From Ruminococcus sp. (GTDB lineage Bacteria; Bacillota; Clostridia; Oscillospirales; Ruminococcaceae), in assembly GCA_020861185.1 (NCBI GenBank), contig JAJBSV010000007.1, forward strand, positions 52,093 to 116,092: a stretch of DNA of 64,000 bases, given 5' to 3'. A program made the position numbers and the translations under genes. The notes beneath the pieces were generated by a model, which searched no databases, was not told where the DNA came from, and saw nothing but the letters and a program-made list of their open reading frames with translations. Every line of letters begins with the position of its first letter. Position 1 is the first letter of the stretch. Shown one piece after another: positions 9,114 to 20,187 of the stretch.

Positions 9114-10717
9114 TATCTGTGTCTCCTCCTCATCCATACAACGATGCCGATTACGATTGTGATTACGGGGATAACTCCGGCGAAGGCAACGTTAAGTCCG
9201 TTCTGGACGGATTCCGAAACCACGACTCCGCTCGAAGAAATCGTCTTCGAGGTGATTGTGATGCCCTCGGTCTTCTCGGTTATCTCGTTAATAAGGCTTA
9301 TGAAGAAGTCGCCGTTATTGAACTGCGAGCTCGACATGAGCGTCGAAAGAAGCATCTGGTCGGAGCCAACGGCTATAACATGCGTATAGCCCGAAATATG
9401 GGTGTCCTGATTGAGGACCTTATAGGTTCCCATTGCGACGGAATAGAAGCTTCCACGCTCGGTGGCGTCGTCGGTCGACCAGTCGTCGGAGGTGTCATAC
9501 ATGTCCTTGAGGACAGCATTTTCCGAAGTCTGAACGAGTATCTGGCAGGTGTAATAGCCGTCGCCGTCGTCGAATCTCGTGGAAACAGCTCTCGAATTCG
9601 GAACATAGAGCGAAAGATAGGGGTTGGCGATGTCGTCCGAATAATCCTCCGAAACTATGGTCTGGAAGGTGTAGTTCTGATAGTTTGCGTAATAGCTCGT
9701 GCTGGTCTCGTAGATTACCTTATACTCAACCGTCAGACCGTACTTATAGAGCAAGGCGTCAAGGTTCGGGGTTTCCGCCTGCTCGACAGAAGCGACATAA
9801 ATTAAATCCTTCTCGAGCTCGCCATTGTTATAAAGCCAGGTCTCAATCTTCGAAATCTCGTCTGTAGTATAGTCAATCTTCGGAGCCGGAATGATGACGA
9901 GATCGACGTCCTCGGGGATGTCCTCGGTCTGGATGTTAATCTCAGTCAGGATATAGCCGTTCTTGTCAAGAAGGTCCGTTAAGCCCGATACATCCGACTC
10001 GTTTGCGCCCGGGAATGTGAGCGTTGCGACGGTCACGGGGTTCGCATCGGTAACGGTCATGATAGCGCTCGTTATCGCCTGCTCGGCGCAGGAGCCGGTT
10101 ATAAGACCGTAGGCATCAAACATCTCGTGGGTATAAAGCGCGCCATAGGAGGAAGCATAGGGGCTCAGATAGCTCTCATAGTCCTCGGAAACCTCGATGA
10201 TATCGCAGAGGGAGACAATCTTGACTCTTGTGTGGTCGCCGTCGCCGAGCTCGATGATGATGTCGCCGGTCTCGAGAGACTGCGAATAGTTCGCGACAAA
10301 GTCGGGGTTCGAGTTGAGGTCCTTATAGCTTACGACTATAAGCGGGTTATACTGGGTGTATTTGTCAAGAAGCTCCGAGCACTGGACGGTATAGTCGCTT
10401 ATCGAGCGGTATTCGTCCTCGGTGCACATAACGGTCACCTGAACCGCAACGTCGATTCCCTCGATATAGTCGACAGTCTCATCGGAAACCGAGTAGATGC
10501 TGTCGGATGTTAAGTCGATTGTAATCGGGAAGCGGTCGAAAAGCATCGTCATGACTATGTTGACTAAAACTACTGCGGCAACAAACAGGACTGTCATCGC
10601 CGTCGCGAACGAGCCGTGCATGAGCTTGCGCTTATTAAGCGGCTTTCTCTCGCGCTTCGGCTTTACGGCCGTTCCGGCGTTCTCGTTTGCTTCTTTTTTC
10701 TTCAATTCTAACTTCAT
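9113..10717 (-). CDS. GldG-family ABC-transporter accessory protein
   Basis: N- and C-terminal TM anchors and a large extracytoplasmic domain. It follows an ABC-2 permease. The ATG at 10717 has an AAGGAGG RBS. Confidence 0.6.
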   Translation of the reverse strand: MKLELKKKEANENAGTAVKPKRERKPLNKRKLMHGSFATAMTVLFVAAVVLVNIVMTMLFDRFPITIDLTSDSIYSVSDETVDYIEGIDVAVQVTVMCTEDEYRSISDYTVQCSELLDKYTQYNPLIVVSYKDLNSNPDFVANYSQSLETGDIIIELGDGDHTRVKIVSLCDIIEVSEDYESYLSPYASSYGALYTHEMFDAYGLITGSCAEQAITSAIMTVTDANPVTVATLTFPGANESDVSGLTDLLDKNGYILTEINIQTEDIPEDVDLVIIPAPKIDYTTDEISKIETWLYNNGELEKDLIYVASVEQAETPNLDALLYKYGLTVEYKVIYETSTSYYANYQNYTFQTIVSEDYSDDIANPYLSLYVPNSRAVSTRFDDGDGYYTCQILVQTSENAVLKDMYDTSDDWSTDDATERGSFYSVAMGTYKVLNQDTHISGYTHVIAVGSDQMLLSTLMSSSQFNNGDFFISLINEITEKTEGITITSKTISSSGVVVSESVQNGLNVAFAGVIPVITIVIGIVVWMRRRHR

Positions 10718-10731
10718 TTTCTTCGCCCTCC

Positions 10732-11460
10732 TTAGCTCCAACGGCGTCTTTCAATAACACGGACGGTCAGGAACAGGAAGACGACCACCATGCTTACAAA
10801 GAAGAGGACGTTTGAAAAATCGAAAATTCCATAGGTGAAATAGGTGTATCTCGTGACGACGGACAGCTCATACAGGATGTTCGAAATCCAGTTTACGTTG
10901 ATAAGAGACGCAATCGACGAGATGAGATACATGCAAAGTATCGCGGCAAATCCGCCGACAGCGGCGATTACCTGATTCTCCGTCAGGGACGAGACGAACA
11001 TGCAGATTGCTATGAACGCCGCACCGATGAGGAGAAGCCCGACGATATTTCCCATGACCTCGAGCCACTGAACCTCGACGAAGAAGTTAAGTACGATAGC
11101 ATAGACAAATGTTGCCGCAACGCCCATCGCATAAACCACAAGCGCCGCCAGATATTTTCCGATTACCAGAGAAGTAAGGCTTATAGGAGCCGTAAGAAGG
11201 CACTGGTCGGTCTTGTTCTTCATGTCCTCGGAAATCGTTCTCATCGTGAGTATTGGGATAAGAACCATCAGGACATAGAAAAGTAGGGTGAACATCGTCG
11301 ACATATCGCTCGTCATATAGAGAAGTCCGTCAAGCGAGCTTGTCGAGACGGCTGTGATTCCGAACAGGACGCCCGAAGCGGCATAGAAAGCCGTCAGGAA
11401 GATGTAGCCGATAAGCGAGGTGAAGTATGAATTCAGCTCTCTTTTGAATATTGCCTTCAT
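10732..11460 (-). CDS. ABC-2 family transporter permease
   Basis: 242 aa, six-TM-like profile. Overlaps the ATPase gene stop. Confidence 0.7.
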   Translation of the reverse strand: MKAIFKRELNSYFTSLIGYIFLTAFYAASGVLFGITAVSTSSLDGLLYMTSDMSTMFTLLFYVLMVLIPILTMRTISEDMKNKTDQCLLTAPISLTSLVIGKYLAALVVYAMGVAATFVYAIVLNFFVEVQWLEVMGNIVGLLLIGAAFIAICMFVSSLTENQVIAAVGGFAAILCMYLISSIASLINVNWISNILYELSVVTRYTYFTYGIFDFSNVLFFVSMVVVFLFLTVRVIERRRWS

Positions 11461-12455
11461 GCCTTTTTCGCCTCCCCGTGGTTGTCTAATGATTCCGCTT
11501 TCTGGTTTATAAACTCGTCGACGCTTTCGCCCATCGTAAGTCTTAAGAATATGTCTTCAAGAGTGAGCTCCGAAGGTCTTAAGCCCATGATGTACCAGTT
11601 TCGGGCTGAAAGACGCTTGTTGAGCTCGCGCCGGATGTCCGTTCCCTCGACGGCCTCGATATTGTACTCCCAGACGCCCTTTTCACGCTGCATATCCGCA
11701 AGGACGGAAACAACTCCGGGAATCGAGCTTATTACCTTCACTACTTCCTCTCTCGGTCCGTCGATTCTTGCAATCAGCTTGTGGTCGGCGGTTAAGGTGT
11801 TCGAGAGGTTGTCGGCGGTGTCGTCGGCGATAATCTTGCCGTTGTTTATGATGACGATACGGTCGCAGACCGCCTGAACTTCGCTTAAGATATGCGACGA
11901 AAGGATAACCGTGTGGTTCTTTCCGAGCTTCTTTATAAGCGTTCTTATCTCGATAATCTGCTTCGGGTCAAGACCGACGGTCGGTTCGTCAAGGATAAGG
12001 ACGTTCGGGTTGCCGACAAGCGCCTGAGCCAAGCCGACACGCTGTTTATAACCCTTTGAAAGGTTTTTGATGAGGCGGTTATAGACCTCCTCAATCTTGA
12101 CAAGCTCGCATATCTCCTGCAAGTGAGTGTTTTTTGGAATCTTGCACCCCTTCAGCTCATACATGAAGTTTAAGTACTCCTTTACGGTCATGTCGAGATA
12201 GAGCGGCGGGAACTCGGGAAGATATCCTATTTCCTTCTTCGCAAGAAGCGGCTCCTCAAGGATTTCCTTGCCGTTTATATACGCTTCTCCGCTTGTGGAG
12301 GAGAGATAGCCCGTCAGGATGTTCATTGTAGTGGATTTTCCTGCGCCGTTCGGTCCGAGGAAGCCGAGGATTTCACCGTTGTGAGCTTCGAAGCTTATGT
12401 TGTCGACCGCCAGTTTATCGCCGTAGGATTTACAAAGGTTTTTTACCTCAATCAT
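11457..12455 (-). CDS. ABC transporter ATP-binding protein
   Basis: Walker A GPNGAGKST, signature LSKGYKQRVGLA, Walker B LILDEPT. Confidence 0.9.
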   Translation of the reverse strand: MIEVKNLCKSYGDKLAVDNISFEAHNGEILGFLGPNGAGKSTTMNILTGYLSSTSGEAYINGKEILEEPLLAKKEIGYLPEFPPLYLDMTVKEYLNFMYELKGCKIPKNTHLQEICELVKIEEVYNRLIKNLSKGYKQRVGLAQALVGNPNVLILDEPTVGLDPKQIIEIRTLIKKLGKNHTVILSSHILSEVQAVCDRIVIINNGKIIADDTADNLSNTLTADHKLIARIDGPREEVVKVISSIPGVVSVLADMQREKGVWEYNIEAVEGTDIRRELNKRLSARNWYIMGLRPSELTLEDIFLRLTMGESVDEFINQKAESLDNHGEAKKA

Positions 12456-12547
12456 CGGGTATTACGTCCTTTCCGGTAAATTCCGATATATACTTCACAC
12501 ATTATACACCGTTTTTGTGTACACATTGTGTCAACTCATTGAAACTG

Positions 12548-14002
12548 CTATTTCGTAAGCATCTCCAGCGAGCGGTTGATTCTTGCGATTGTCTCGTCTT
12601 TACCGATAATTTCGGCAATCTCGAAGGCTCCGCCGGGGGTGAACTGCTTGCCGCTTATGGCAACTCTCAAGGACCACAATACATAGCCGTTCTTGACTCC
12701 CATCTCCGAAATAAGCTCGAAAAGCTTGTCGTGGATGTTCTGGAAGTTCCATTCATTCTCGGGGATAGCTTCGAGAACAGGCAAAGCACGGGTCAACGCA
12801 TCAATAGCCGTCTCGCGATTGGTCTTCATCTTCTTGTTCTCATAAAGACTGAGGTCATAGTCGGGCATCTCGTCGATAAAGTCAACCTGCTCGGGAATCT
12901 CGGAGAATACCTCGGTTCTGTTCTGTAAGAGCGCCGCAATCTTAGCGATGTCAACATCTTTCTTAACTACGCTTCTGATATAGGGTTCTGCATACTCGGC
13001 AAACTTCTCGGGAGTCAAGGCTCTTATATATTCGCCGTTGATTGCTCTCAGCTTCAGGGGGTCAAAGATAGCCGGCGACTTCGAAAGCCCGTCAATTTCG
13101 AACTCTTCGATAAGCTCGGGGAGAGTGTAGATTTCTCTTTCGCCCTTCGGCGCCCAACCGAGGAGCGCAATGTAATTTATGATGGCCTCGCTCAGGTATC
13201 CCTTTGCAACCAAGTCTTCAAATGATGCGTCGCCGTTTCTCTTCGAAAGCTTGTTGTGCTTGTCCTTCATAATCGGTGCGACGTGGATATACTTCGGGAC
13301 GTCCCAACCGAAAGCCTCATAGAGGAGGTTATACTTCGGAGCGGAGGCGAGATATTCGTTGCCTCTTACGACGTGGGTGATGCCCATCAGGTGGTCGTCA
13401 ACGACGTTCGCAAAGTTATATGTCGGCATACCGTCCGCCTTCAGAAGAATCTGGTCGTCAAGTGTCGAATTCTCAACGGTGATGTCACCGAAGAGCTCGT
13501 CGTGGAATGTAGTTGTCCCCTCGAGCGGAATCTTCTGGCGGATGACGTAGGGTGTGCCGGCGTCAAGCTTCGCCTGAATCTCTTCTTTTGAAAGATTACG
13601 GCAGTGGCGGTCGTACATCGGGCTGATTCCTGCGGCTTCCTGAACGGCTTTAAGCTCGGTCAGTCTGTCCTTGTCGCAGAAGCAATAGTATGCTCCGCCC
13701 TTTTCGACAAGCTCAAGAGCATATTTCTTGAAAATGCCCATTCTTTCAGACTGGATATACGGTCCGTAATCGCCGCCGACGTCGGGTCCTTCGTCCCAGT
13801 TAAGTCCGACTGCCTTGAGCGTGCGATAAATCGTGTCGACAGCGCCCTCGACATATCTTTCCTGGTCGGTATCTTCGATTCGGAGTATAAACTTTCCCCC
13901 GTACTTCTTGGCTATGATATAGGTATAAAGTGCCGTTCTCAGGTTGCCTATGTGCATATAGCCGGTTGGTGACGGCGCAAACCTCGTTCTTACTTCACTC
14001 AT
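12548..14002 (-). CDS. gltX: glutamate--tRNA ligase
   Basis: [14 protein letters not shown] (HIGH motif) and KLSKR (KMSKS motif). Confidence 0.95.
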   Translation of the reverse strand: MSEVRTRFAPSPTGYMHIGNLRTALYTYIIAKKYGGKFILRIEDTDQERYVEGAVDTIYRTLKAVGLNWDEGPDVGGDYGPYIQSERMGIFKKYALELVEKGGAYYCFCDKDRLTELKAVQEAAGISPMYDRHCRNLSKEEIQAKLDAGTPYVIRQKIPLEGTTTFHDELFGDITVENSTLDDQILLKADGMPTYNFANVVDDHLMGITHVVRGNEYLASAPKYNLLYEAFGWDVPKYIHVAPIMKDKHNKLSKRNGDASFEDLVAKGYLSEAIINYIALLGWAPKGEREIYTLPELIEEFEIDGLSKSPAIFDPLKLRAINGEYIRALTPEKFAEYAEPYIRSVVKKDVDIAKIAALLQNRTEVFSEIPEQVDFIDEMPDYDLSLYENKKMKTNRETAIDALTRALPVLEAIPENEWNFQNIHDKLFELISEMGVKNGYVLWSLRVAISGKQFTPGGAFEIAEIIGKDETIARINRSLEMLTK

Positions 14003-14026
14003 TTTCTTCGGTGACTGATTTAAAAA

Positions 14027-14914
14027 TCAGTCGTCCTCCCTTCTTTTGTCTATGTCCTTATTGATAGTGGCGGTGAGCTCTTCTATTCCCGAGAATCTCT
14101 TCTCGTCCCGATAGAATCGCCGTAGCTCCACTTTTATATCCATGCCGTACAGGTCGCCGACGTCGCCCAAGATATGCGTCTCGAGCCCGATTTCACCCGA
14201 GTCGCTGACGGTCGGCTTGACTCCCACGTTCGAAATGCCCTTGAACTTCTCGTTGGTGCTAAGCACCGTAACGTCGCTCGAATAGACCCCGAATCGGGGG
14301 ACTATTTTCTTCGGCGTCAGGGGGATATTGACAGTTCTTATTCCCATCTCGCGCCCCATGCTCATGCCGTGGGTGACATTGCCGCTGAAAAAGTACTTAT
14401 ACCCAAGGAACTCGCTTGCTTCAAGCATATTTCCGCTTTCGATAAGGGCTCTTATTCTCGTTGTCGAAACCGTCTCGCTGCCATAGCTCAGGAGTTCGAC
14501 AATTTTCGACATCATTCCGTAGTTCTCGCAAAGCTTTTTCAGTAGCTCCGCATCTCCGGCGGCGTTCTTCCCGAAGCGGAAATTCTCGCCCGAGAGAACC
14601 ATGTCAGCCTTGAGCTCTTCCTTAAGAATCCTACCCACGAAGTCCTCGGGGCTTGTGTCCCGAACTTCGGGGAAGCTCGCGAATATAACCCTGTCGGCTC
14701 CGTATTCAAGTAGCTTCTGCTCTTTCTCTTGGTCGGTCAGGACAAAGCTTCTGTGCCCCTTGGTGTCGACCTCCGAAGACCTGAAAGTATAGACGATTTT
14801 ATCGTCAGCCTTCGTATCGCAAAGAGCCTTAAGTGCCGCCTGGTGCCCGATGTGGACCCCGTCGAAGAGCCCCAGGAGCACCGCCCTTTTTACTGTATTA
14901 TTTATGTCAATCAC
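14027..14914 (-). CDS. ribF: bifunctional riboflavin kinase / FAD synthetase
   Basis: GLFDGVHIGHQ motif and a C-terminal riboflavin kinase domain. The likely GTG start overlaps the truB TGA (GTGA). The listed ATG at 14959 would overlap truB by 49 nt. Confidence 0.85.
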   Translation of the reverse strand: MIDINNTVKRAVLLGLFDGVHIGHQAALKALCDTKADDKIVYTFRSSEVDTKGHRSFVLTDQEKEQKLLEYGADRVIFASFPEVRDTSPEDFVGRILKEELKADMVLSGENFRFGKNAAGDAELLKKLCENYGMMSKIVELLSYGSETVSTTRIRALIESGNMLEASEFLGYKYFFSGNVTHGMSMGREMGIRTVNIPLTPKKIVPRFGVYSSDVTVLSTNEKFKGISNVGVKPTVSDSGEIGLETHILGDVGDLYGMDIKVELRRFYRDEKRFSGIEELTATINKDIDKRREDD

Positions 14915-15804
14915 CAGAAATTCTTTACTATTCTGATTTCGCCGTTCGTGACCCGGCATAGCCCTAAGAATCCGCAGTCGCCGTAAATCCTGAAGGTTTC
15001 GCCTTCCTGAGCACCACGAACCCTCTTTGCGTCAAGCTTCACGCCGTTTTTGTACATTCGGGTCTGCGCTTCGGAAAGCCCGAGCTCCCCATAGCACCCG
15101 AAAAGCTTGTCCGTCGGGATGATTCTTTCGGTCGCGATTTCAAGGGCGTTTTCGCTAGCTCTGAGCTCTTCAAAGGGAATGCAATCATCAATCCCGAATC
15201 CATGCGCCGAAATACGTCTTAAAGCCGTCATGCAACCGCCGACCCCGAGTGAATCGCCCAAATCGTTTATAAGCGTGCGGATATATGTGCCCTTCGAGCA
15301 GGAGACAAGAAGCGTTCCCGTCCTGTCGGCTTCGTTATAGGCTTCGAGCGTAAGATTATATATAGTAATCTCTCTCGGAGTCCTCTCGACGCTCACGCCT
15401 TGGCGGGCGAGCTCATAAAGCCGCTTGCCGCCTACCGAAACAGCCGAATACATCGGCGGGAGTTGGGAGATAGTTCCCCGGAACTCGGGGAGCTTCCCCA
15501 AGATTTCGGCTTCCGAAACCGGTTTATCCGATTCCAACAAAGCCGTTCCCGTTATGTCCTGAGTGTCGGTGCTTTTACCGAGCACAAAATCAGCTCTGTA
15601 GGTCTTCTCGTCAATCGGGAGGATATCGCTTGCCCCGGTCGCCTTGCCGATTAAGACCGGCAGGACACCCGTCGCCATTGGATCGAGGGTTCCCGTGTGC
15701 CCGAGCCTCTTTTCGTGCAGAAGCCCACGCAAAACGGCGATAACGTCAAAAGACGTATACCCCGAAGGCTTGTCAATCAGCAGGATTCCGTTCGGGATTA
15801 TCAC
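14911..15804 (-). CDS. truB: tRNA pseudouridine(55) synthase
   Basis: GHTGTLDPMATGVLPV catalytic motif. Confidence 0.9.
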   Translation of the reverse strand: MIIPNGILLIDKPSGYTSFDVIAVLRGLLHEKRLGHTGTLDPMATGVLPVLIGKATGASDILPIDEKTYRADFVLGKSTDTQDITGTALLESDKPVSEAEILGKLPEFRGTISQLPPMYSAVSVGGKRLYELARQGVSVERTPREITIYNLTLEAYNEADRTGTLLVSCSKGTYIRTLINDLGDSLGVGGCMTALRRISAHGFGIDDCIPFEELRASENALEIATERIIPTDKLFGCYGELGLSEAQTRMYKNGVKLDAKRVRGAQEGETFRIYGDCGFLGLCRVTNGEIRIVKNFW

Positions 15805-16760
15805 AGATACTTCCTTGTGACTTCAAGAAGCTTCATCATGACTTCTCTTGCCTTGCCCTCGACGGTGCAACCGGATGCACGGAGGTGCCCTCCGCCGCCG
15901 AACTCGCCGCAGATTGCCGCGGCATCGGCATCGGTAGTCCTGAGAGATACCTTGAACATCTCGGGGTTGTCCTCCTGCTGCTTGAGGGTATAGCCGAACC
16001 GGACGCCCTCGATAGTAAGAGGAATCTGCGCGAATGCGTCGAGCTCCGAGCGGTCAATCTGGAAGTCGGCGATGTCCTTGTTCGTAGCGGTCAGGATTCC
16101 TATCTGTCCGTCCTCGAAGAAGCGCATCTCACTGATGAGCTTCTGCTCGCACATGACTCTGCCTCTTGACTTGATGTCAAACATCTTTCTATTTATATGC
16201 TCAAAGTCAACGCCCATTTCAAACATCTTCGCCGCCGCGATGTGAGCGGAAGGCGTCGTGTTCTGGAACTTGAAGCAACCCGTATCGGTCGCAAGACCTG
16301 TATAGAGGTTCGTCGCAATCGGAAGGGTGATGTCGGCGCCCATATGCTCAAGGAGCTCGAAGATTATGAGGCAAGCCGCCGAAGCCTGTGCGTCGACATA
16401 GGACTTCTTTGCGAAGAACCTGTTTGAGCCATGGTGGTCGATGCAGAGGTCAATCCTGTCGGCATATTTCTCGAGCTCGTCGCCCAAAAGCGTTGTGTCG
16501 GAGATGTCGACCGAGATGACGAACTGCTCCTCAAAGACCTCGGGCTGATAGTCCCCAATCATGAAATCGAATCTGTCGGGGAAGCCGTCGGAATTAAGGA
16601 CGTTTGCCTTCTTTCCTAAAGATCTCAGATAGAGGCAAAGCCCCATTCCCGCACCGATGCAGTCGCCGTCGGGGCTCTTGTGCGTGAGAATGCTCACGTT
16701 GTCACAGCCCCGAAGGATTTCGGCAACCTCTTCGTAGCTTGTAAGTCTCGTATTTTCCAT
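15801..16760 (-). CDS. nrnA: DHH-family phosphoesterase (NrnA-like oligoribonuclease / pAp phosphatase)
   Basis: DGDCIG, DHH and GGGH motifs. Conserved position between rbfA and truB. Confidence 0.8.
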   Translation of the reverse strand: MENTRLTSYEEVAEILRGCDNVSILTHKSPDGDCIGAGMGLCLYLRSLGKKANVLNSDGFPDRFDFMIGDYQPEVFEEQFVISVDISDTTLLGDELEKYADRIDLCIDHHGSNRFFAKKSYVDAQASAACLIIFELLEHMGADITLPIATNLYTGLATDTGCFKFQNTTPSAHIAAAKMFEMGVDFEHINRKMFDIKSRGRVMCEQKLISEMRFFEDGQIGILTATNKDIADFQIDRSELDAFAQIPLTIEGVRFGYTLKQQEDNPEMFKVSLRTTDADAAAICGEFGGGGHLRASGCTVEGKAREVMMKLLEVTRKYL

Positions 16761-16761
16761 C

Positions 16762-17121
16762 TTAGTCCTCGTCCTCCCTGATGTCCATTTCCCTCAGTAG
16801 CTTGGAAATGTGTGCGGAGTATTCGCTCGAATCATCCGCTATAAACTTGAGCTCGGGAGCCTTTCTTATGTGAAGGCTGTCGGAGATTCTTCTTTTAATC
16901 ATCCCCGACGCGCTTTCAAGCCCCTTCACGGCTTCCTTCGCCTCTTCAATACCGTTTAAACTTGAAACGTAAACTCTTGCGCTCGAACGGTCTCTCGTAA
17001 CCTCGCACCTGACAATCGTGAGCATCCTGTCCTTGATTCGGGGATCTTTCAGCTCCCCGAGCATGGTGCTCAGAATCCTCTGCAAGTCCGACGAGAACCG
17101 CTCCGCCTTATGATCAGCCAT
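16762..17121 (-). CDS. rbfA: ribosome-binding factor A
   Basis: 119 aa, RbfA-like sequence immediately after infB. Confidence 0.9.
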   Translation of the reverse strand: MADHKAERFSSDLQRILSTMLGELKDPRIKDRMLTIVRCEVTRDRSSARVYVSSLNGIEEAKEAVKGLESASGMIKRRISDSLHIRKAPELKFIADDSSEYSAHISKLLREMDIREDED

Positions 17122-17131
17122 TTAATATCCC

Positions 17132-19573
17132 TCACACTTCGGTTTCATTAAGCTGATAAGCCTCGAACACGTCGCCTTCCTTGAAGTCGGTGAACTTCTC
17201 GAGCGTGATACCGCACTCATAGCCCTGTGCAACATCCTTGACGTTGTCCTTGAAGCGCTTTAAGCTCGACATCTTGTCTTCCGCAATGACGATACCGTCA
17301 CGGACGACACGAACGAGGTCGTTTCTTGAAATCTTGCCGGAGGTGACATAGCATCCCGCAACCTGACCGACGCCGGTAATCTTGTAGACCTGTCGAACCT
17401 CGACACGGGCTGTGTCGACCTCGGTATACTTCGGCGCAAGCATGCCCTTCATAGCCGCCTCAATCTCTTCGATGGCTTCGTAAATAACTCTGTAGGTCTT
17501 GAGCTCAACTCCGTCGCGCTCGGCGTTTTCTTTTGCTACGGGGTCTGGACGGACGTTAAATCCGACTATAATCGCTCCGGATGCGCCTGCAAGCATGACA
17601 TCCGATTCGGAAATCGCTCCCACGCCGCCGTGGATGACCTTGACCTTGACCTCGTCGTTCGAAATCTTCTCGAGCGACTGCTTGACAGCTTCGACCGAGC
17701 CCTGAACGTCCGCCTTGACGACGATGGGAAGCTCTTTGATTTCGCCTTCGTTAATCTGGTCGAAGAGGTTGTCAAGACTTACCTTCTGAGCCTGCTTGAA
17801 GACTTCTTCCTTCGCTTCCTGCTTTCTCTTTTCAACGAGTTCTCTTGCAAGCTTTTCGTCGGCAACGGCGTTGAATGTATCTCCCGCCGCCGGAACCTCC
17901 GCAAGACCTGTAATCTCAGCGGGGACGGAAGGTCCCGCAGTCTCGACTGTTCTGCCCTTGTCGTCGGTCATCGTTCTGACACGTCCGACAGCTGTTCCCG
18001 CGATGATAACGTCGCCCGAATGAAGAGTGCCGTTCTGAACAAGAACTGTCGCAACAGGTCCACGACCCTTGTCAAGTCTTGCCTCGATAACTGATCCCTT
18101 CGCCGCACGGTTCGGGTTAGCCTTGAGTTCCTTTACATCAGCTACAAGAATTATGTCCTCGAGGAGCTCATCTATACCCATGCCGGTCTTCGCCGAAACG
18201 GGGACGCACATGACGTCGCCGCCCCAAGCCTCGACAACAAGGTTGTGCTCGGTGAGCTGTTGCATGATTCTGTCGGGGTTTGCGCCCTCTTTATCCATCT
18301 TGTTGATTGCGACGATGATTGAAACTCCCGCCGCCTTTGCGTGGTTGATAGCTTCAACCGTTTGCGGCATGATTCCGTCGTCCGCCGCAACAACGAGTAT
18401 TGCGATATCCGTGACCATTGCGCCTCTGAGTCTCATAGCCGTGAAGGCTTCGTGACCGGGGGTGTCAAGGAATGTGATGTCTCTGCCGTCGATGGAAACT
18501 CTGTAAGCACCGATGTGCTGGGTGATGCCGCCCGCCTCGGTTGCTGTGACGTTTGCATGACGAATCTTGTCAAGAAGCGAGGTCTTGCCGTGGTCGACGT
18601 GACCCATAACAACGACAACGGGGTCTCTCGGCTGAAGGTTCTCGGCGGTGTCCTCTTCGTCGACGATAAGTCTTTCCTCGATAGTGACGACGACTTCTTT
18701 TTCTACTTTAGCGCCCATCTCTTCCGCAACGAGCGCCGCGGTGTCAAAGTCGATGACCTCGTTCTGGGATGCCATAACGCCGAGACCAATAAGCTTCTTT
18801 ATAACGTCGGAAACCGTAGCCTTGAGTCTCGTTGCGAGCTCGGAAACGGTGATTTCGTCGGGAATCTGAACACGAACTTTGAGCTTTCTTGCACGCTCAA
18901 GCTCCATGCGCTTCATTCTCTGGGCTTCGGTCTCGTGCTTTGTCGAGAGCTTTTCCTTCTTCTGCTGACGGGACTTCTGGGTGAGCTTCTGCTTCTTCTG
19001 ATAGTTGTCGCCGCCGCGGTTCTTCGAATCCGCAAGGTTATCGTAGTGCTCGTTATACTTGTCGATATTTACATAGCTTCCCCTTGTGTCGACAACGTGT
19101 GTCTTCTCACGCTGGGCATAGGTGGTGCTCTCCGACTTTCCGGTGACGAGCTGGATTCTTTCGCCGCGCTCCTTCTTCTTGGCGGGCTTTTTGTCCTCTT
19201 TGCGGTGCTCTTTTTTCTCTTCAGCTTTGGCTGTTGCTTCCTGAACGGGAGCGGCTTCCGCCTTGACCTCAGGCTTCTCAACAGCCTTCTGCTCTTCGAC
19301 CTTCTCCGCCGGCTTAGGCTCAGCCTTTGGCTCTTCCTTCTTTTCCGGCTTCGGAGGCTTCGGCTTTCTTACGGGACGATAGGAGAAGTAGTCATCGAAG
19401 TTCTCCACCTGATTTTTATGGGTGAAGACCTCAAAGACATAGTTAATCTCTTCCGTCACGAGAATTGTCGAGCCTTTCTTTGCGCCATAGACGGGCGCAA
19501 GGCAGTCGATGATGTCGTTCACCGGCACGCCCAGGTCTTTGGCAAGGTTTGATAATTTATATTTTGTAATCAT
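17132..19573 (-). CDS. infB: translation initiation factor IF-2
   Basis: [24 protein letters not shown]. The ATG at 19573 has an AAGGAG RBS. Confidence 0.97.
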   Translation of the reverse strand: MITKYKLSNLAKDLGVPVNDIIDCLAPVYGAKKGSTILVTEEINYVFEVFTHKNQVENFDDYFSYRPVRKPKPPKPEKKEEPKAEPKPAEKVEEQKAVEKPEVKAEAAPVQEATAKAEEKKEHRKEDKKPAKKKERGERIQLVTGKSESTTYAQREKTHVVDTRGSYVNIDKYNEHYDNLADSKNRGGDNYQKKQKLTQKSRQQKKEKLSTKHETEAQRMKRMELERARKLKVRVQIPDEITVSELATRLKATVSDVIKKLIGLGVMASQNEVIDFDTAALVAEEMGAKVEKEVVVTIEERLIVDEEDTAENLQPRDPVVVVMGHVDHGKTSLLDKIRHANVTATEAGGITQHIGAYRVSIDGRDITFLDTPGHEAFTAMRLRGAMVTDIAILVVAADDGIMPQTVEAINHAKAAGVSIIVAINKMDKEGANPDRIMQQLTEHNLVVEAWGGDVMCVPVSAKTGMGIDELLEDIILVADVKELKANPNRAAKGSVIEARLDKGRGPVATVLVQNGTLHSGDVIIAGTAVGRVRTMTDDKGRTVETAGPSVPAEITGLAEVPAAGDTFNAVADEKLARELVEKRKQEAKEEVFKQAQKVSLDNLFDQINEGEIKELPIVVKADVQGSVEAVKQSLEKISNDEVKVKVIHGGVGAISESDVMLAGASGAIIVGFNVRPDPVAKENAERDGVELKTYRVIYEAIEEIEAAMKGMLAPKYTEVDTARVEVRQVYKITGVGQVAGCYVTSGKISRNDLVRVVRDGIVIAEDKMSSLKRFKDNVKDVAQGYECGITLEKFTDFKEGDVFEAYQLNETEV

Positions 19574-19585
19574 AGGCAAATCTCC

Positions 19586-19897
19586 TTATTTTGGACTGGT
19601 GCTTGTCAACCGCTTCTTGGCGGCTTTCGCGAATCCCGCATCGGTCACGGACATGATTCCATAGACCTTTCCGAGTGCATTTCCGACATCGTACATGCTC
19701 TCGGGAATCTCGTAAAGAGGCGTTTCATACTCTTCGCAAATGCGGGTAATCTCGTTTTTCGAACGCTCTGCCAGGTCTTTGGTGACAAGGACGATATATG
19801 CTTTTCCGGAGCGGACCGTGCCCTTGACTTCGTCCATTCCGAGAGTGAGCTTTCCTGCCCTTCGGCAGATGCTCAGTAAATTCATTATATCAGCCAT
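19586..19897 (-). CDS. ylxQ: L7Ae/L30e-family RNA-binding protein (YlxQ-like)
   Basis: 103 aa in the conserved position between ylxR and infB. Confidence 0.75.
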   Translation of the reverse strand: MADIMNLLSICRRAGKLTLGMDEVKGTVRSGKAYIVLVTKDLAERSKNEITRICEEYETPLYEIPESMYDVGNALGKVYGIMSVTDAGFAKAAKKRLTSTSPK

Positions 19898-20186
19898 CTT
19901 CGCCGCCTTCCAGGGTCTCGACCTCCGCTATGTCGTGCGACAATCTTTCGTAAATCTCTGCGGGGATTTCGCACTCAAGGCTTCTCTCAAGGCATCTTTT
20001 CTTTCTTGCCTTTTCGAGACATTCCTTCTTCGGGCAGATATATGCTCCTCTTCCCGACTTCTTTCCGGTCGGGTCGACGAGGATTTCGCCCTCGGGGGTT
20101 CTCACAATCCTTACAAGCGACCTCTTCTCCTTGGGCTCACCGCACCCGAGGCAGGTTCTTATAGGCTTTTTCTTCTGCTTAACCAT
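19890..20186 (-). CDS. ylxR: YlxR/RnpM (DUF448) RNA-binding protein
   Basis: PIRTCLGC ... GRGAYIC motif. Follows nusA. Confidence 0.8.
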   Translation of the reverse strand: MVKQKKKPIRTCLGCGEPKEKRSLVRIVRTPEGEILVDPTGKKSGRGAYICPKKECLEKARKKRCLERSLECEIPAEIYERLSHDIAEVETLEGGEDG

Positions 20187-20187
20187 A

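Noticed and set aside
18341-19552. Long antisense shadow ORFs opposite real genes (for example 18341..19552, 31546..32460, 38761..40053, 42405..43274, 44775..45839, 46235..47374, 58464..59729, 61350..62288)
   Set aside because: Each lies fully inside a confidently identified gene on the other strand. They have low-complexity R/G/V/L/D-rich translations and no recognisable family.
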